The position numbers and the translations under genes were made by a program. DNA of 64,000 nt, from contig JAPLVC010000004.1 of NCBI GenBank assembly GCA_026397315.1, positions 64,001-128,000 on the forward strand, read 5' to 3'. Below are positions 19,445 through 32,300 of this stretch, in pieces. Origin of the DNA: Candidatus Aenigmatarchaeota archaeon (GTDB taxonomy: Archaea > Aenigmatarchaeota > Aenigmatarchaeia > QMZP01 > QMZT01). The notes under the pieces were generated by a model. That model was not told the origin of the DNA. It was given only the letters and a program-made list of their open reading frames with translations, and searched no databases. Position 1 is the stretch's first letter. Each line of letters starts with the position of its first letter.

Positions 19445-19978
19445 CTATTTCTTTTCATGTTGCTTCTTCATGAAGAACTCGCACGCCGGGCATCCCAGCT
19501 CGCCCTGCTTGCAGTGCGGGCAGGCGATTTTTCCGTACACGATGGGATTTCCAGCGAACATTATTATCAGCGGCCATATTGCAAGCCCTATGACAAACAG
19601 GCTGAAGTCAGGCCAGCTCGCGTATGTCAGATACGCGCCAGCCGCCAAAGCAATTATCGTGGGCAGCATGGTCGGGATGAAGTTTTTCGCAGTCAGCTTG
19701 TTCTCGTTGAACTTCCTCTTCTCGTCCTTCTTGAAAAAAACCTTCGCTAGTTTCCCCTTGCCGCAGACGCAGCGTTTGTCGTAGTAGTAGCAGCGCACGC
19801 ATCCTCCTCTGAGCACCTGTATCTCGAGGAACGCCACGTATATGAAAAGCAGCAGCGAGAACAGCGGCAATATCATGTATGTCAGGTATAATCCGGCGGC
19901 GTATACGGAAAATGATGCGAAATAGTAAACGAGCATCATCCACACAGGATAGCTTTCAAACTTCTTGTCATTAGCCAT
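19445..19978 (-). CDS. Membrane protein with Cys clusters
   Basis: 4 TM; CVRCYYY.KRCVCG and CPHCKQ...CPAC. Confidence 0.75.
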   Translation of the reverse strand: MANDKKFESYPVWMMLVYYFASFSVYAAGLYLTYMILPLFSLLLFIYVAFLEIQVLRGGCVRCYYYDKRCVCGKGKLAKVFFKKDEKRKFNENKLTAKNFIPTMLPTIIALAAGAYLTYASWPDFSLFVIGLAIWPLIIMFAGNPIVYGKIACPHCKQGELGCPACEFFMKKQHEKK

Positions 19979-19989
19979 AGCAAACCACC

Positions 19990-20259
19990 TCATTTTCTGA
20001 AGACTTTCTTCAACCACAATTTTTTGAAGAATGGAAGCGTCAGTGTCGACAGCATGAAAGCGACCGCTGGAACGATTGCGTTGAGCCAAGGATAAGGGAT
20101 GGCGATGGCCTGCATGTAAAAGCCGATTGCCATGTAAGTGAATAAGACAAGAAGACCGCGTCGCGTATAACTAGTCTCCCATGCCTTGTCTGCCTCGACG
20201 CGCACATTTCTTTCCTCTATACTTATTATCCGTTCTTCGAGTTTGTCTGAATCTGCCAT
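19990..20259 (-). CDS. Small conserved membrane protein
   Basis: ERNVRVEADKAWETSYTRR followed by 2 TM. Confidence 0.7.
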   Translation of the reverse strand: MADSDKLEERIISIEERNVRVEADKAWETSYTRRGLLVLFTYMAIGFYMQAIAIPYPWLNAIVPAVAFMLSTLTLPFFKKLWLKKVFRK

Positions 20260-20274
20260 TTACATATACCTCGT

Positions 20275-21513
20275 TCAGTAAACCGGGAAATGCCTGCAGA
20301 GTTCCTTTACCTCTTCCCTGACCTTCGCTAGCGCCATGTCGTCCTTGTGGTTGTTTATTGCCTTGTTGATGAGGTCTGCGACGTGCTTCATCTCGCCTTC
20401 CTTCATGCCGCGCGTCGTTATTGTCGGGGTTCCAAGACGGATGCCGCTCGGGTCGAATGGGGAGCGCGTGTCGTAAGGGACCGTGTTCTTGTTCACGGTT
20501 ATGCCCGCCTTGTCGAGCGAGGTTTCCGCTTCTCCACCACTCAGGCCCTTTTGCGTCAGGTCAATCAGTATTAGATGGTTGTCCGTGCCTCCAGATACGA
20601 GAGCGAAGCCGTGCGCCATTAGCGCGTCTGCTAGCGCCTTCGCGTTTTTGACAATTTGGTGGGCGTATTCCCTGAACTCGGGTTTCGCAGCCTCTCTGAA
20701 CGCGACCGCTTTTGCCGCAATCGCGTGCTCGTGAGGACCGCCCTGCATGCCGGGGAAGACGGCCTTGTCAATATCTTTTGCGAAGCGCTCTTTGCACATA
20801 ATTATAGCGCCTCGCGGGCCGCGCAGCGTCTTGTGCGTCGTCGTCGTGACGACGTCGGTGAACGGGAAAGGCGACGGGTGAACGCCTCCGACGATGAGCC
20901 CTGCGATGTGCGCGATGTCCGCCATCGATATCGCTCCGCATTCCTGCGCAATCTCGGCGAATGCTTTGAAATCGATTTTCCGAGGATAAGCCGTAGCTCC
21001 GGACAAAAGGATTTTCGGTTTTTCCTGAAGAGCAATTTTTCTCACTTCATCATAATCTATGAGATGCGTCTTGGGGTCGACGCCGTACTGCGCGATCTTG
21101 TAGGCGCGGCCTGAAAAATTGACCTTGTGGCCGTGCGTGAGGTGGCCGCCCTGCGACAGGTTCATGCCCATCAGCGTGTCGCCGAAATTCATCAGGGCGA
21201 AGTAGACTTCGATGTTCGCCGGCGAACCGGAATACGGCTGGACATTCACGTGCTCGCAGCCGAACAGCTTCTTCGCGCGTTCTATCGCTATATTTTCGAC
21301 AATATCGATAAACTCGTTGCCGCCGTAATAACGTCTCCCGGGATAGCCTTCGGCATACTTGTTGTTGAAGACCGAGCCCAGCGCCTGGAGGACGGCCCTG
21401 CTGGGAAAGTTCTCGGAAGGAATCAGTTCGAGACCCTCGTTTATCCTTTTCGTCTCCTGTTCGCCGAGGCCGAAAATCTCCGGGTCAGCATCCTTCAGAT
21501 TGTCCTTCCACAT
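20275..21513 (-). CDS. glyA: Serine hydroxymethyltransferase (bacterial-type)
   Basis: [49 protein letters not shown]. Confidence 0.97.
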   Translation of the reverse strand: MWKDNLKDADPEIFGLGEQETKRINEGLELIPSENFPSRAVLQALGSVFNNKYAEGYPGRRYYGGNEFIDIVENIAIERAKKLFGCEHVNVQPYSGSPANIEVYFALMNFGDTLMGMNLSQGGHLTHGHKVNFSGRAYKIAQYGVDPKTHLIDYDEVRKIALQEKPKILLSGATAYPRKIDFKAFAEIAQECGAISMADIAHIAGLIVGGVHPSPFPFTDVVTTTTHKTLRGPRGAIIMCKERFAKDIDKAVFPGMQGGPHEHAIAAKAVAFREAAKPEFREYAHQIVKNAKALADALMAHGFALVSGGTDNHLILIDLTQKGLSGGEAETSLDKAGITVNKNTVPYDTRSPFDPSGIRLGTPTITTRGMKEGEMKHVADLINKAINNHKDDMALAKVREEVKELCRHFPVY

Positions 21514-21544
21514 AAAATCACCATTCCCATTGCATGCGCTAGCT

Positions 21545-23068
21545 CTATCTCGACGGCCCTTCGTCCATGTCGACCTTTATGTATTTCGCCAGCATCGGAT
21601 GCACGCGCTTCACTTCCTTGTAAAGCTCCCACGCCACGCGCCTGTATGAGATATGCCCTTCCTTGGACGAGCGCAACTTGATGAAATGGTAAAGCTCGCG
21701 CAGGTTCCACGTGAACAGAGTTCTCTTTCGGAATGCGAGCGGCACGACGTATTGCGCCTCGTGGGGGAAGCGCTCCGCAATCTTCTCGTAGGCCTGCTTC
21801 GCGTGCTCCATGGCAGCGCGGAACTGCTTTTCGAAGCCCGCGTCGATTATTTCCTGGGGAATGTCATAGCCGTTCGCCGTCGTCAGCGACTGATTGGTTT
21901 GCGTGCATATCCTGTGTCGCTGGATGTCGCGGAACGCGCCGTAATCGACGAGTATGTCGAAAGTGTAGTAAGCATGCTCCAGTTCGCGCAGAGGCGAGTC
22001 ATGCCTTCCCATGCGTTTCATGGACTCGTCGAATACCCGTTCCTTTTCAGCGGCGTCCATTTTCTTGACCCGCTTCAGCACGTACGCGTAAGGCTCGTGC
22101 GAATATTTGTAAATCATGGAGGCGATGATTTTGTTCTCCGCGTCCTGGTCGTATTCGACCAGCGTCACGCTTTTCTGGTCGTGCGTTTCGTCGCTTTTGC
22201 CGTGCCCGCTCACAAGCTCTTCCATGGACCTGTCGGTCTCGCGGATGTAATGGTTCGCGTCCGCGTATTTGATAAGCGTGGGAATTATTTTAAGCACTTC
22301 GGATTTCATGTCCGTGCCGATTTTGTTCATCTCGGACAGCGGATGGGACATGAGTTTAGTCAGCATGCGCTCCAGCGTGCGCGCGTTGACAGTGATGGAC
22401 ATGTTGGTGAGAGTCGATGCAGGAAGGACGTAGCGCACTGCGTCGCACGCCCTTGCTTTCGTGATGCCCTCATACTGTTTCTCGTTCATTCCCATCGGTC
22501 GCGGGAAGCGCTGTTCCATATGTTTCAGCATGTGCGGCATTATTTCCAGGTAAGTATCAAACAGCGAGCTGCACGTTTTCGAGTATAGCTCGGCGAATTC
22601 CGATTCCATGAGATTCGCCGGCTTGTAGAACTTGTCGCGGTCGAATATCTGGTAGCGGGTCGATTTCTCCGTGTAGGAAGCGAGTCTTGAATCTTCGATT
22701 GCTTTCGTCGCGAGTATCGAAACGTTCTCGGCAGCGATGCTCGCTATCGCGTGCTCAGCTACGGACGAATGGCCGTAGCCCACGACCCACTGCTCGTGGA
22801 ACTTGCGCGCCTTCTCCTTAGCCTGCGCATAGTCTATGCCTTTTTCGGAATAGACATTCACGACCTCGCCCATGTCGATGTCCTTGCTCTTTATCAGTTT
22901 CAGCAGGTTGTCGCGGAAGCTCGCCGGGCTGCGCGACACGTAAGCGAAAAGCACGGCGACGACCTCGGGCGGGAGGTTATATATTACATAGATATCCTTG
23001 TCTATGCTTGTCACATGGTTGTTCAGAATCGCCTCGTCTTCCTTTGAAAAATTTGATTTGCCTTCCAT
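21545..23068 (-). CDS. thyX: FAD-dependent thymidylate synthase, tandem double-domain form
   Basis: [21 protein letters not shown] and second domain [21 protein letters not shown]. Confidence 0.88.
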   Translation of the reverse strand: MEGKSNFSKEDEAILNNHVTSIDKDIYVIYNLPPEVVAVLFAYVSRSPASFRDNLLKLIKSKDIDMGEVVNVYSEKGIDYAQAKEKARKFHEQWVVGYGHSSVAEHAIASIAAENVSILATKAIEDSRLASYTEKSTRYQIFDRDKFYKPANLMESEFAELYSKTCSSLFDTYLEIMPHMLKHMEQRFPRPMGMNEKQYEGITKARACDAVRYVLPASTLTNMSITVNARTLERMLTKLMSHPLSEMNKIGTDMKSEVLKIIPTLIKYADANHYIRETDRSMEELVSGHGKSDETHDQKSVTLVEYDQDAENKIIASMIYKYSHEPYAYVLKRVKKMDAAEKERVFDESMKRMGRHDSPLRELEHAYYTFDILVDYGAFRDIQRHRICTQTNQSLTTANGYDIPQEIIDAGFEKQFRAAMEHAKQAYEKIAERFPHEAQYVVPLAFRKRTLFTWNLRELYHFIKLRSSKEGHISYRRVAWELYKEVKRVHPMLAKYIKVDMDEGPSR

Positions 23069-23196
23069 TCTGCAAAACCCCTGCCAAACCCCGATGAAAA
23101 GATTATCCGTTCAAATTTTATAAGCGTTTTCGCTAGCTGTGCCGTTACCAGTGACAAGTAAGTAATTTAAAATTAACAAATAAGATATGACTGATT

Positions 23197-23559
23197 ATGT
23201 ACGAGGCAGCCAGCAGTAGTTCGCTAGACGATATCACATTAAAGAAAGGTTTCATGCAATTTCTGAAGGACAAAATAGGCAACATTGAAGATATGGGAAA
23301 CGGAAGAACATACCCTGCACCTATTTTGCAGACTGAACATTTTAAAGTCCATTACAAATGCAACGTCGAAAAAGGAGAAGTCGAAGAATGCGTCAGGCAA
23401 ATACTGGACATGACGGGCGGCTGGCGGCCGGCGGATGCGGAGGAAAATGCGAGATTAGATGCGATGACATTCTTCAGCCCGGACGGCAAAAAAAGAAAAA
23501 CAGTCGAGATAGAACATTACGATGACGAAACTTACATTGCCGTCTTTGATATGCAGTAA
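23197..23559 (+). CDS. Hypothetical protein
   Basis: 120-aa ORF filling an intergenic gap. Confidence 0.55.
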   Translation: MYEAASSSSLDDITLKKGFMQFLKDKIGNIEDMGNGRTYPAPILQTEHFKVHYKCNVEKGEVEECVRQILDMTGGWRPADAEENARLDAMTFFSPDGKKRKTVEIEHYDDETYIAVFDMQ

Positions 23560-23607
23560 GACCTGAAAATAATTTAAGCATGGATGCTTATTCTTTATCG
23601 TGGTTGC

Positions 23608-24531
23608 ATGGATTCTTACGAAGTCATAATCATCGGCCTCGGCCCAGCAGGCTGCACCGCGGGCATTTACGCCACGCGTTTCGGACTGAAAACTCTTGTC
23701 ATCGGAAAAGAGCCGGGCGGACAGGCGAACGAAGCTCACAAGATCGACAACTACCCGGGCATGCTGGGGGTGAAGGGCGCGGATATAATGAGCAAGTTCC
23801 GCGAGCATGCCAAGGCACTGGGCGTGGAGATTATTTATACCGAGGTCGTGGACATAAAGAAGAAAAGCGACGGCTTCATTGTAAAGACGGAGAGCGGAGA
23901 ATACGAGGCGAAATCGGTCATAATAGCGACCGGCAAGAAGCGCAGGCAGGACATTCCCGGCGAGAACGAGCTGCGCGGACGAGGGGTTTCTAACTGCGCC
24001 ACGTGCGACGCGCCTTTCTTCAAGAACAAGGTCGTGTGTGTAATCGGCGGCAGCAACTCGGCAGTCATGTCTGCGCTCATGCTGGCCGAGCACGCCAAGA
24101 AAACATACCTTACTTACAGGAAAGGCAAGGATGACATGCGCGCCATGCCGACATGGGTGACGTCGGCGGAGACGAACCCCAAGATAGAGATGATATTCAA
24201 CGCGATTCCGAAAAGGATAGAAGGCAAAGAATTTGTCCAGGCTATACTCTTCGACAAGGAAGGCAAGGAATTCAGCCTGAAAGTCGACGGAGTTTTCGTC
24301 GAGAATGGTGCTATACCGCAGACTGAGCTTGCGCTCAAGCTTGGCGTCGCAGTCGAAGAAAAGAGCGGCAAGATAAAAGTCGGGCCCGACATGGTGACGA
24401 ACGTCAAAGGCGTGTTCGCAGCGGGAGACGTGACCAACGGATCGGCGGACTTCGAGCAGATAATAATCGCCGCCGCCGAGGGAGCGAATGCAGCGAGATC
24501 GGCTTACAAATACGTCAGGAAGCGCGACTGA
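23608..24531 (+). CDS. trxB: Thioredoxin reductase
   Basis: IIGLGPAG, GRGVSNCATCD, VIGGSNSA, GVFAAGD. Confidence 0.93.
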   Translation: MDSYEVIIIGLGPAGCTAGIYATRFGLKTLVIGKEPGGQANEAHKIDNYPGMLGVKGADIMSKFREHAKALGVEIIYTEVVDIKKKSDGFIVKTESGEYEAKSVIIATGKKRRQDIPGENELRGRGVSNCATCDAPFFKNKVVCVIGGSNSAVMSALMLAEHAKKTYLTYRKGKDDMRAMPTWVTSAETNPKIEMIFNAIPKRIEGKEFVQAILFDKEGKEFSLKVDGVFVENGAIPQTELALKLGVAVEEKSGKIKVGPDMVTNVKGVFAAGDVTNGSADFEQIIIAAAEGANAARSAYKYVRKRD

Positions 24532-24681
24532 TTCCGGAGGCCAGGAGTGAGCAAAGCGAACGACGATGGCTCCCTTTTCGCTTAAGCCTTTGTGAAAAAG
24601 GCTTACAAAACTCTAATAAATCTTAATTGTAAATAAAATACTACATTTATTTTCAAACTGAAAAATCGGGTGGGTGGTTGT

Positions 24682-25929
24682 ATGGTGGAAAAGGTTGATC
24701 CTTTCGAGTCTGCGCAGAAGCAGCTCAAGAAGGCGATAAACGTCCTGAAGATGGGCGACGATGTTTATGAAGTTCTTAAAAATGTCGCTGAATATCTTGA
24801 GGTTTCAATTCCTGTTAGGATGGACAACGGGAAGATTCGCGTTTTCAAAGGCTACCGTGCGCATCACAACAACATGCGCGGTCCCTACAAGGGCGGCATA
24901 CGCTTTCACCCCGATGTCAACATAAGCGAGGTCAAGGCTCTCGCGTCCTGGATGACTTGGAAATGTTCCGTCGTCGGGATTCCGTACGGCGGAGCGAAGG
25001 GCGGCGTCGTGTGCAACCCGAAGGAAATGAGTGAAGGCGAACTCGAACGGCTTTCTCGCGGATACATACGCGCGGTCGGCGATTTCATCGGCCCGAAGAA
25101 AGACATACCAGCGCCAGACGTCTACACGACGCCCAAGATAATGGCGTGGATGATGGACGAGTTCTCGAAAAGGAAGGGTTATAACGCGCCCGGCGTGATA
25201 ACGGGCAAGCCAGTGGATGCGTTCGGTTCCGAGGGACGCGACGAAGCGACGGGCTTAGGCCTCTACGTCATCACCAGGGAGCTGCTCAAACACCTCAAGC
25301 TTGACCCGAAGAAAATGACGGCCGTGATACAGGGTTACGGAAATCTCGGCCATGTGGTCGCGGACAGGTATGACAAGATGGGAATAAGGGTCATCGCCGC
25401 TTCGGATTCGAAAGGCGGCATATACAATCCCGATGGCCTCAGGCCGGCTGACATAATGACCCAGAAGGACAAGACCGGTAGCGTCGTGGGCCTTAGGGGC
25501 ACGAAGCAGATAACCAACGATGAGTTGTTCAGCCTGAAGTGCGACATCCTCACGCCATGCGCTCTCGAGAATGTTATAACGAAAGAGAACGCGCCCAAGA
25601 TACAGGCGAAGTTAATCATCGAAGGCGCGAATGGCCCGACGACGCCGGAAGCGGACGAGATTCTTTTCAAGAGGGGCGTGACGCTCGTGCCGGACATACT
25701 CGCGAATGCGGGCGGCGTGACCGTGTCGTATTTCGAATGGGTCCAGAACAACATGAACTATTACTGGCCGAAGGAAGAGGTCAACGAAAAGCTCGACAGG
25801 ATAATGACCAAAGCCTTCCGCGGCGTCGCTGAGATCATGGGCAAATACAAGGTCGACATGAGAACCGCTGCATACATGCAGTCCGTAAAGCGCGTTGCAG
25901 AGGCTATGAAACTCAGGGGCTTCGGGTAG
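24682..25929 (+). CDS. gdhA: Glu/Leu/Phe/Val dehydrogenase (glutamate dehydrogenase)
   Basis: GPYKGGIRFHP, GGAKGG, DIPAPD, EGANGP, NAGGVTVSYFEW. Confidence 0.95.
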   Translation: MVEKVDPFESAQKQLKKAINVLKMGDDVYEVLKNVAEYLEVSIPVRMDNGKIRVFKGYRAHHNNMRGPYKGGIRFHPDVNISEVKALASWMTWKCSVVGIPYGGAKGGVVCNPKEMSEGELERLSRGYIRAVGDFIGPKKDIPAPDVYTTPKIMAWMMDEFSKRKGYNAPGVITGKPVDAFGSEGRDEATGLGLYVITRELLKHLKLDPKKMTAVIQGYGNLGHVVADRYDKMGIRVIAASDSKGGIYNPDGLRPADIMTQKDKTGSVVGLRGTKQITNDELFSLKCDILTPCALENVITKENAPKIQAKLIIEGANGPTTPEADEILFKRGVTLVPDILANAGGVTVSYFEWVQNNMNYYWPKEEVNEKLDRIMTKAFRGVAEIMGKYKVDMRTAAYMQSVKRVAEAMKLRGFG

Positions 25930-25937
25930 GTGCTGAG

Positions 25938-26264
25938 ATGACAGCAGTAGTGGCAGAACTTAGCGATTCGAATTTCAACGATTTCGTTGCGAAGCACAAG
26001 GTCGCGCTGGTGGATTTTTACGCCGACTGGTGCGGCCCGTGCCAGGCCATGAAACCGGTCATCGACGAGCTAGCCGGCGAGATGAAAGGCAAAGTCTCTT
26101 TTGCGAAAGCGAACATGGACAAGGCCGGCGCTACTGCGAACAAATACGGCATCATGTCCATACCCACGCTGCTCATATTCAAAAACGGCAAGATGATGGA
26201 CAGGCTCGTCGGAGCGTTCCCGAAGGACATGATAAAGCAGAGACTCGCCAAAATGGTCGAGTGA
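25938..26264 (+). CDS. trxA: Thioredoxin
   Basis: WCGPC, IMSIPTL. Confidence 0.96.
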   Translation: MTAVVAELSDSNFNDFVAKHKVALVDFYADWCGPCQAMKPVIDELAGEMKGKVSFAKANMDKAGATANKYGIMSIPTLLIFKNGKMMDRLVGAFPKDMIKQRLAKMVE

Positions 26265-26374
26265 AAGAGTGATAACCGGCGACATCAGGAAACGGATAGC
26301 AGAAAACGTTTAAACATTACGCGGGTTACGCAACTTCTGAAAGCATAAATAGTTAAATAATAATTAAATATAAC

Positions 26375-29300
26375 ATGGGTAGGGCTACTTTCAGGGGTGG
26401 GTTGATCGTTTTTTCTGCACTTTTGTTGTCTTTCTTTTTTGTGTCCGTTTTGCCTTCGCTGGCATATTTCGCATTTGACGTTCCGGTCGTTGATAACCGC
26501 GACTTGGGCCTTTTCGCGAAAGGCGAACCTATGGACTTCAACATCAACATGACTTTCGACTACCCGTTCCCGCCCGCGGAGAACGCAACGCAGCTAACGG
26601 CCGAGGTCTGGAGAAACGGCGAGATGCTGCAGTCGAAGACGCTCACCTTGAGCAAGTTCCTTGAGAAATATAAAATCGCCAGCAACGGCAAATACGCGTT
26701 CCGCCCCATATATTTCAACTTCTCGGTTTTCGTCGAGGCCAAGAACGTTTCCTACTCGCCGACGACGTTCACATACGGCGTGCGCCAGTCGAGGAGAACG
26801 CCCTACGAGAACGAGGATGACAAGAAATGGAAGGTTTCCGGCAGGATTGTGCAGGGCACACAATATGGTTTCGACATATACAACAACTATTGTTCCGGCC
26901 CGTGGGATTTCAACGAACAAGCTTGGCCCGTATCACGCGGATATATGTGCTACAGGCAGGCGGGCGACGAGGAGTGCAGGAAAGGTGGCGTGTCGGCCAT
27001 AGAGTGTAAGGCCACTTACGGCAGCACCGGCACCGCCCCCTGCGCCTTATGTTGCAGCCCCAGATGTCAACTGTCCAACACCGATTGTGTGTGCATGAAA
27101 TCCGGCTTAAACGAAGATTGTGATACGGAGAATATGCCATGCACCAAGTTCCAACAAAATCCGCAGCAACATTGGGTCACGGTACAAAGCACATGCTGCG
27201 TGGAGCAGGAAATTTTAGGTTACACATGTTCCGCGTCAATCAACGGAATTTGTTTAAAGAACAATGAAGCGGGAAGTCACGAAGAAACTATTGAAATATC
27301 GAGGGGCACTTGGGACGAGGTTTCCGGCGAGACTTCATGGACAGCGCCGGTGCAAAAAGGAGCTGTCCTTTATTTCGAAGTCGGTGACAGCAGGAACGTG
27401 CCCAACGACCCAATCGCGTCGCCGGCAGTGCCTAACATGAAATGGTCTTCCGCGCATTCGTGGAAATTCGAGACCTATGTGATACCCACGCAAAGCGTGA
27501 ACGGCAAGGTGCTCAGGGTTTACCCGGACGACGGCATGAGATATTTCTTTTACAAGCTTGATGCAAACAACAACTGGGTGCCTGCAAGCACTCAGAACTG
27601 GTCCTGCGTTACGGGCCAGTTCGACAATACCGTCCTTGCGGACGGCAAGACTCCTACAAAAATAAACGGCTGCCCGATTTCTCTTTATATGAATAAAAAT
27701 TCGTGGTATAAGCTCGAGTTCTATCTTTACAACGACCCATGGGGCAGGAGCGAAGGCGGCGGAGAAAGCAGCGACAGCGAAAACCCGCTAGGCCTGAGAA
27801 TCGAGGACTACCAGACCAAGTCAGCGTCCCTGCTTGACATCCTCGGGACCGGGAGCATCATGAGCAGCGAGCCGCCGGGAGACGACGGCGCGGTCATAGG
27901 CGGCTCCGCGACAGTATTTGCGAACGAGGGCCTCAAAGAAATAAGGGACTTCAAGATGTTCGCCACCACGCACTCGGTCGACAGCTGCTCCAGCGGCGTC
28001 GACTGCTCGATGAGGGCAGCCTGCGGCAACTCTGATTACAACGGGGTGAAGACGAACAAGTATGGTTGGATACTCAACCACGCCATTTACCCGTTCGAGT
28101 GGAGCGACGTGGGCGGCGTTTCGACGACGAAAGCCGGCTACATAACCAGCACCGGCAAGAACGGCGGGGAAAAAATGGCCATCGACGCGCCGAGCATAAC
28201 ACCCGTGAACGGATACGGGAGATACAAATACACCAACATGTGGTTTGACGACAACACGAGGCATTACATCGGTGGCATTTACAAATGCGCGAAGGAATGG
28301 CCTTCATGGGCGGCTGACTGTCCGGAAGAGAATAACAGATACAGCTACGCGAGAGGCTCTGACCAGATAAAATGCTGCTACGTCAGTTCGACCGTCACTG
28401 GCACCGACCAGAAAGTGACCATCGAATATGACACTAGATACCAATACATTATAAACTTCCTTCCCGGCGCGGGCGACAAGCTCTGCGTCGCTTCGGAATA
28501 CAACGCAGGCAGCGGGGCTGCCATGCAGACGGTCTATCAGTCCAATTACACGAACGCGCTGTGCGACACGAAGACGGGAAGCCGCTGCTGCTACTGCAGG
28601 CCCGGATGGGGCTGCAAGATGGACTGCTCCAACGAACTTAACATGACGGCTTCCAGCAAGTTCGCGCTACCGTTCCCGGCAATAGGACCTTTCTGGGAGA
28701 TTAAGAACGCGCGCATAAGATTCGAAGCTACAGAGCCGCCGGTCGTCATCAACCTTACGTCGGAAGGCAACGCCCAGGACGGGTGGGACATAAAGGCGAA
28801 TCTCGGCGACAGGGCGACGCTGATGCTGGACAAGAACTATACCATACCTCTCAACCTTTACAATGATTTCGGCCTCAAGGCGCCTGATGAAATGCTGACT
28901 GGCGCGAGGGATACACTGAGGCTTTCGCTCAACACTTCCACGACGCTCAGCGGATTTTACATACCATTCTGCAGGATGGAAAACGGCAACACCAGAATAT
29001 CCTGCGACTACACGTTCCACACGGTAGACTGCACTAAGGAAGGCGTCAGGAGCAGCTATTACGATGAAGAAACGTATCCCGCTACCAAGGGCAAGGGCGC
29101 GTGCAAAGCGGGCGTCAGGACATGCGTCAAGTTAGGCGAGAACAACCTTAGGTGGGTCTACGACACCACGAACGACATGCCCGTCTACCCTGCGCCGGAA
29201 ACGTGCAACGGCAAGGACGACGACTGCAACGGGCTGGTCGACGATGTGAAGACTTTCGACATGATAATAAATGAAATAATAAGCGCTGGCGGCAAGAAAA

Positions 29301-32300
29301 ACCCATACCAGGTCACGAAGTGCGCCTGTTTCATGGGAGCTGCGTCGTCTGACGAACGTTGCAACAACATAGACGACGACTGCAACGGCGTCGTGGACGA
29401 CAGCTCTGTTACAATGTGGTCTAACACCTGCGACAGCGCCGTCAAGCAATGTGTGAAAGAAGGCAGCCCGTACGAGTGGTGCAAGAGCCTTTACAACTCA
29501 ACGCAATGCTCGCTTACACAAACGCAGATAACAGTGACGGGCAACGTTACTGTGAACACGTGCACGGAAAAGATGCGCGCCTGCATGGACAACGCTCACG
29601 TTCTGCCGTCCGGTACACAGGTCAAATTCACATACGAAGAATGCAAACAGTTCTACAACAACTATTCCTGTTTCTTTAATGAGAAGAAAATCGTCGCGCT
29701 GGGCGACACGTGCAGGTGCACGCTTTCTAATCCGCAGCCTGAAACGTGCAACGGCGTTGACGACGATTGTAACAACATAATAGACGACGTGGAAAACGCC
29801 ACAACATGTGGCTGCGCTTTCCTTATGAACACGTCACTTGTCGCTAACCTGAAGGCATCCGGCGACGTTTCCTGCGACGGCATAGATTCCGACTGCAACG
29901 GCGCGATAGACGACGGGGCGAAAAATTGCGCGTGCACAGGGAGACCGGCGATAGACGTGGTTGAAATAAAAGGCAAGGTCAAGGAGATGTGCGACGGCAT
30001 AGACAACGACTGCAACGGCCTCACCGACGAGGCGTTCCCGCAGGTGGGCAAGCCGTGCGGCTACGGCCTGTGCTCGGGCGGCATATACGTCTGCGGAGTG
30101 CACGGCGACAAGGCCGTGTGCAACACCACTGTCAATCCGGACGAGACTTTCAACGGCAAGGCCATAAAGCTCAACTACGCCGAGACGTGCGATCTCAGGG
30201 ATAACGACTGCGACTATTCGATTGACGAGGACTGCTCCTGCACGCCGGAAAGCGCTGTCAAGCTGTGCGGCTACCAGAGCGGCATTTACTACAAAGATAA
30301 AACGCAGCTCACGCAGACGTGCAATCAGGCCATGACCGAGCTGAAGAAGCTCATCACGTGGGCCGAAGCGCCTGAGAACGTGAAATACAGGCGCATGCTC
30401 ACGGTCAGGAACAACGAAAACGTGGCGCTGGAAAACTACCCGATAAACTTCAGCCTGAACACTTTCATGTTGAACCAGACCAAGAAGATGCGTCCGGACG
30501 GCGGCGACCTGAGAATATTGCCAGCCGACGGAGAGAAAAATCTCGACTGGAACAACTCCAATCCATTCGTCAGGGCGCAGACGACCATATGGTTCAAGGC
30601 TAGCCTCCCGGCAAACCAGGAGAAGAAATTCTACGTTTATTACGGCAATCCCACAGCGACGTACAAACCGGTCACGCTTAGCGAAGTCACGGGACTCACT
30701 TACGGCATAGGAGTCTTCCTTTTATGCCATTTCGAAGGCACGACCGCTTGCGAGGGAAACATGGTGCCCAGATATGACAACGGCGTGACATTCCAGAGCG
30801 CACAGAGGGAGCTTCTGGGCGAAGTGGTCGATACGCAGGGAGCCTTCATAAACGGCTTCGACAAGCTCACTTACCCGACTTCCGAGAACTTCAACAAGAA
30901 CCGCGGCACGGTAATGATGTGGTTCTATCCTGAAGACGTGACGGAAGATCATTACCTGTTCTATTCTACCGACCTTTCGGGCAATCCGCAGTTCGGCCTG
31001 CATTTCAACGAGAACGGCACGTTCTTCGAGGCGTACGACAAGCTCGGCAACGCCCGCAGGATAAACGGCGGAATAGTCAATATCGGCTGGCATCACATAG
31101 CCGTCACATGGGACAACCTCAAGGGCACGAAAATATACATGGACGGAGCCCTGAGAAACAGCACATCCGCTTCATGGGAAGCGAATGACATAGGCGTTGA
31201 TGTGTACGTCGGCGGCGACGGGACGTCAAAGACGGCTTATTCGCTAATCGACGAGCTGGCGGTCTACTCGCAGGAGCTCGACCAGGCATCCATACGCGAG
31301 AAGATGCGCTATTACAAGCCTTATGTGACGATGGGTCCTGAGGAGACTCTGAACGAAACCGTGGCTACGACCGAAACTGATGTGTATGAAAAATGCACGG
31401 TAATGCTGCAGAACATAAGCGCGGACGAGGCGAAGAAGGCGACGATACTCAGCCTCTGCGATACTGTAAGGATATGCAGCAAGACCGACTTCCCGATAAA
31501 TTCCATAAGCGAATGCACGTTCGGCGTGCAGACGTGCGCTAGCGGTCAATGGGCCGCATGCACGGCAGTCCAGCCGAAGACCGAAGTGTGCAACCTTAAA
31601 GACGACGACTGCAACGGGCTGATAGACGATGTCGCGGTGCCGGAAACATGTGCATGCTCAAACGGCGGCGAGCCCGGCATCGAGTTGTGCAACGGCATTG
31701 ACGACGACTGCAACGGCAAGATAGACGATGTGAGAGGCATGGACACGGCGTTCTCGACGCACTGCGGATGCTACGACCAGATCGTCAACATCACGCAGAA
31801 GAACTCGGAGAAAGAAACGCTGTGCAATGCCATAGACGACAACTGCGACGGCACTATAGACGAGGGCATAGAGAAGTGCGCGTGCGCGGGAACGTCTTTC
31901 AATTCAGCTCTCAACTCAGTGGGGCCCGCTGTCGGAGAAGAGAAGTGCGACGACGTGGACAACGATTGCAACATGGTAATAGACGACCCGTGGATACAGG
32001 GCGGAACCTCGGCGACAAAGTTCGATTACCTTGGAGCGCCGTGCAGCCCGCTCAGCAGCAGGTGCGTGGGCGGCGTATTCGTATGCTCCAAGACTGCGAC
32101 GGACATGGTGTGCAGCACGTCCTCCGGCGACGGCATAAAAGGCCAGGACCTGAGGACGAACGAGACGTGCAACCTACTCGACGACGACTGTAACGGCAAG
32201 ATTGACGACATATGGGGCGACATCTCGGGCAAGTTCTGCAGATGCTACAATGGCGTGCCGAGAGCGAACGAGACGTGCAACGGCATAGACGACGATTGTA

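Noticed and set aside
24535-24605. Short palindromic element after trxB (aagcctttgtgaaaaaggctt)
   Set aside because: Single copy in the window; cannot distinguish a terminator from a MITE remnant
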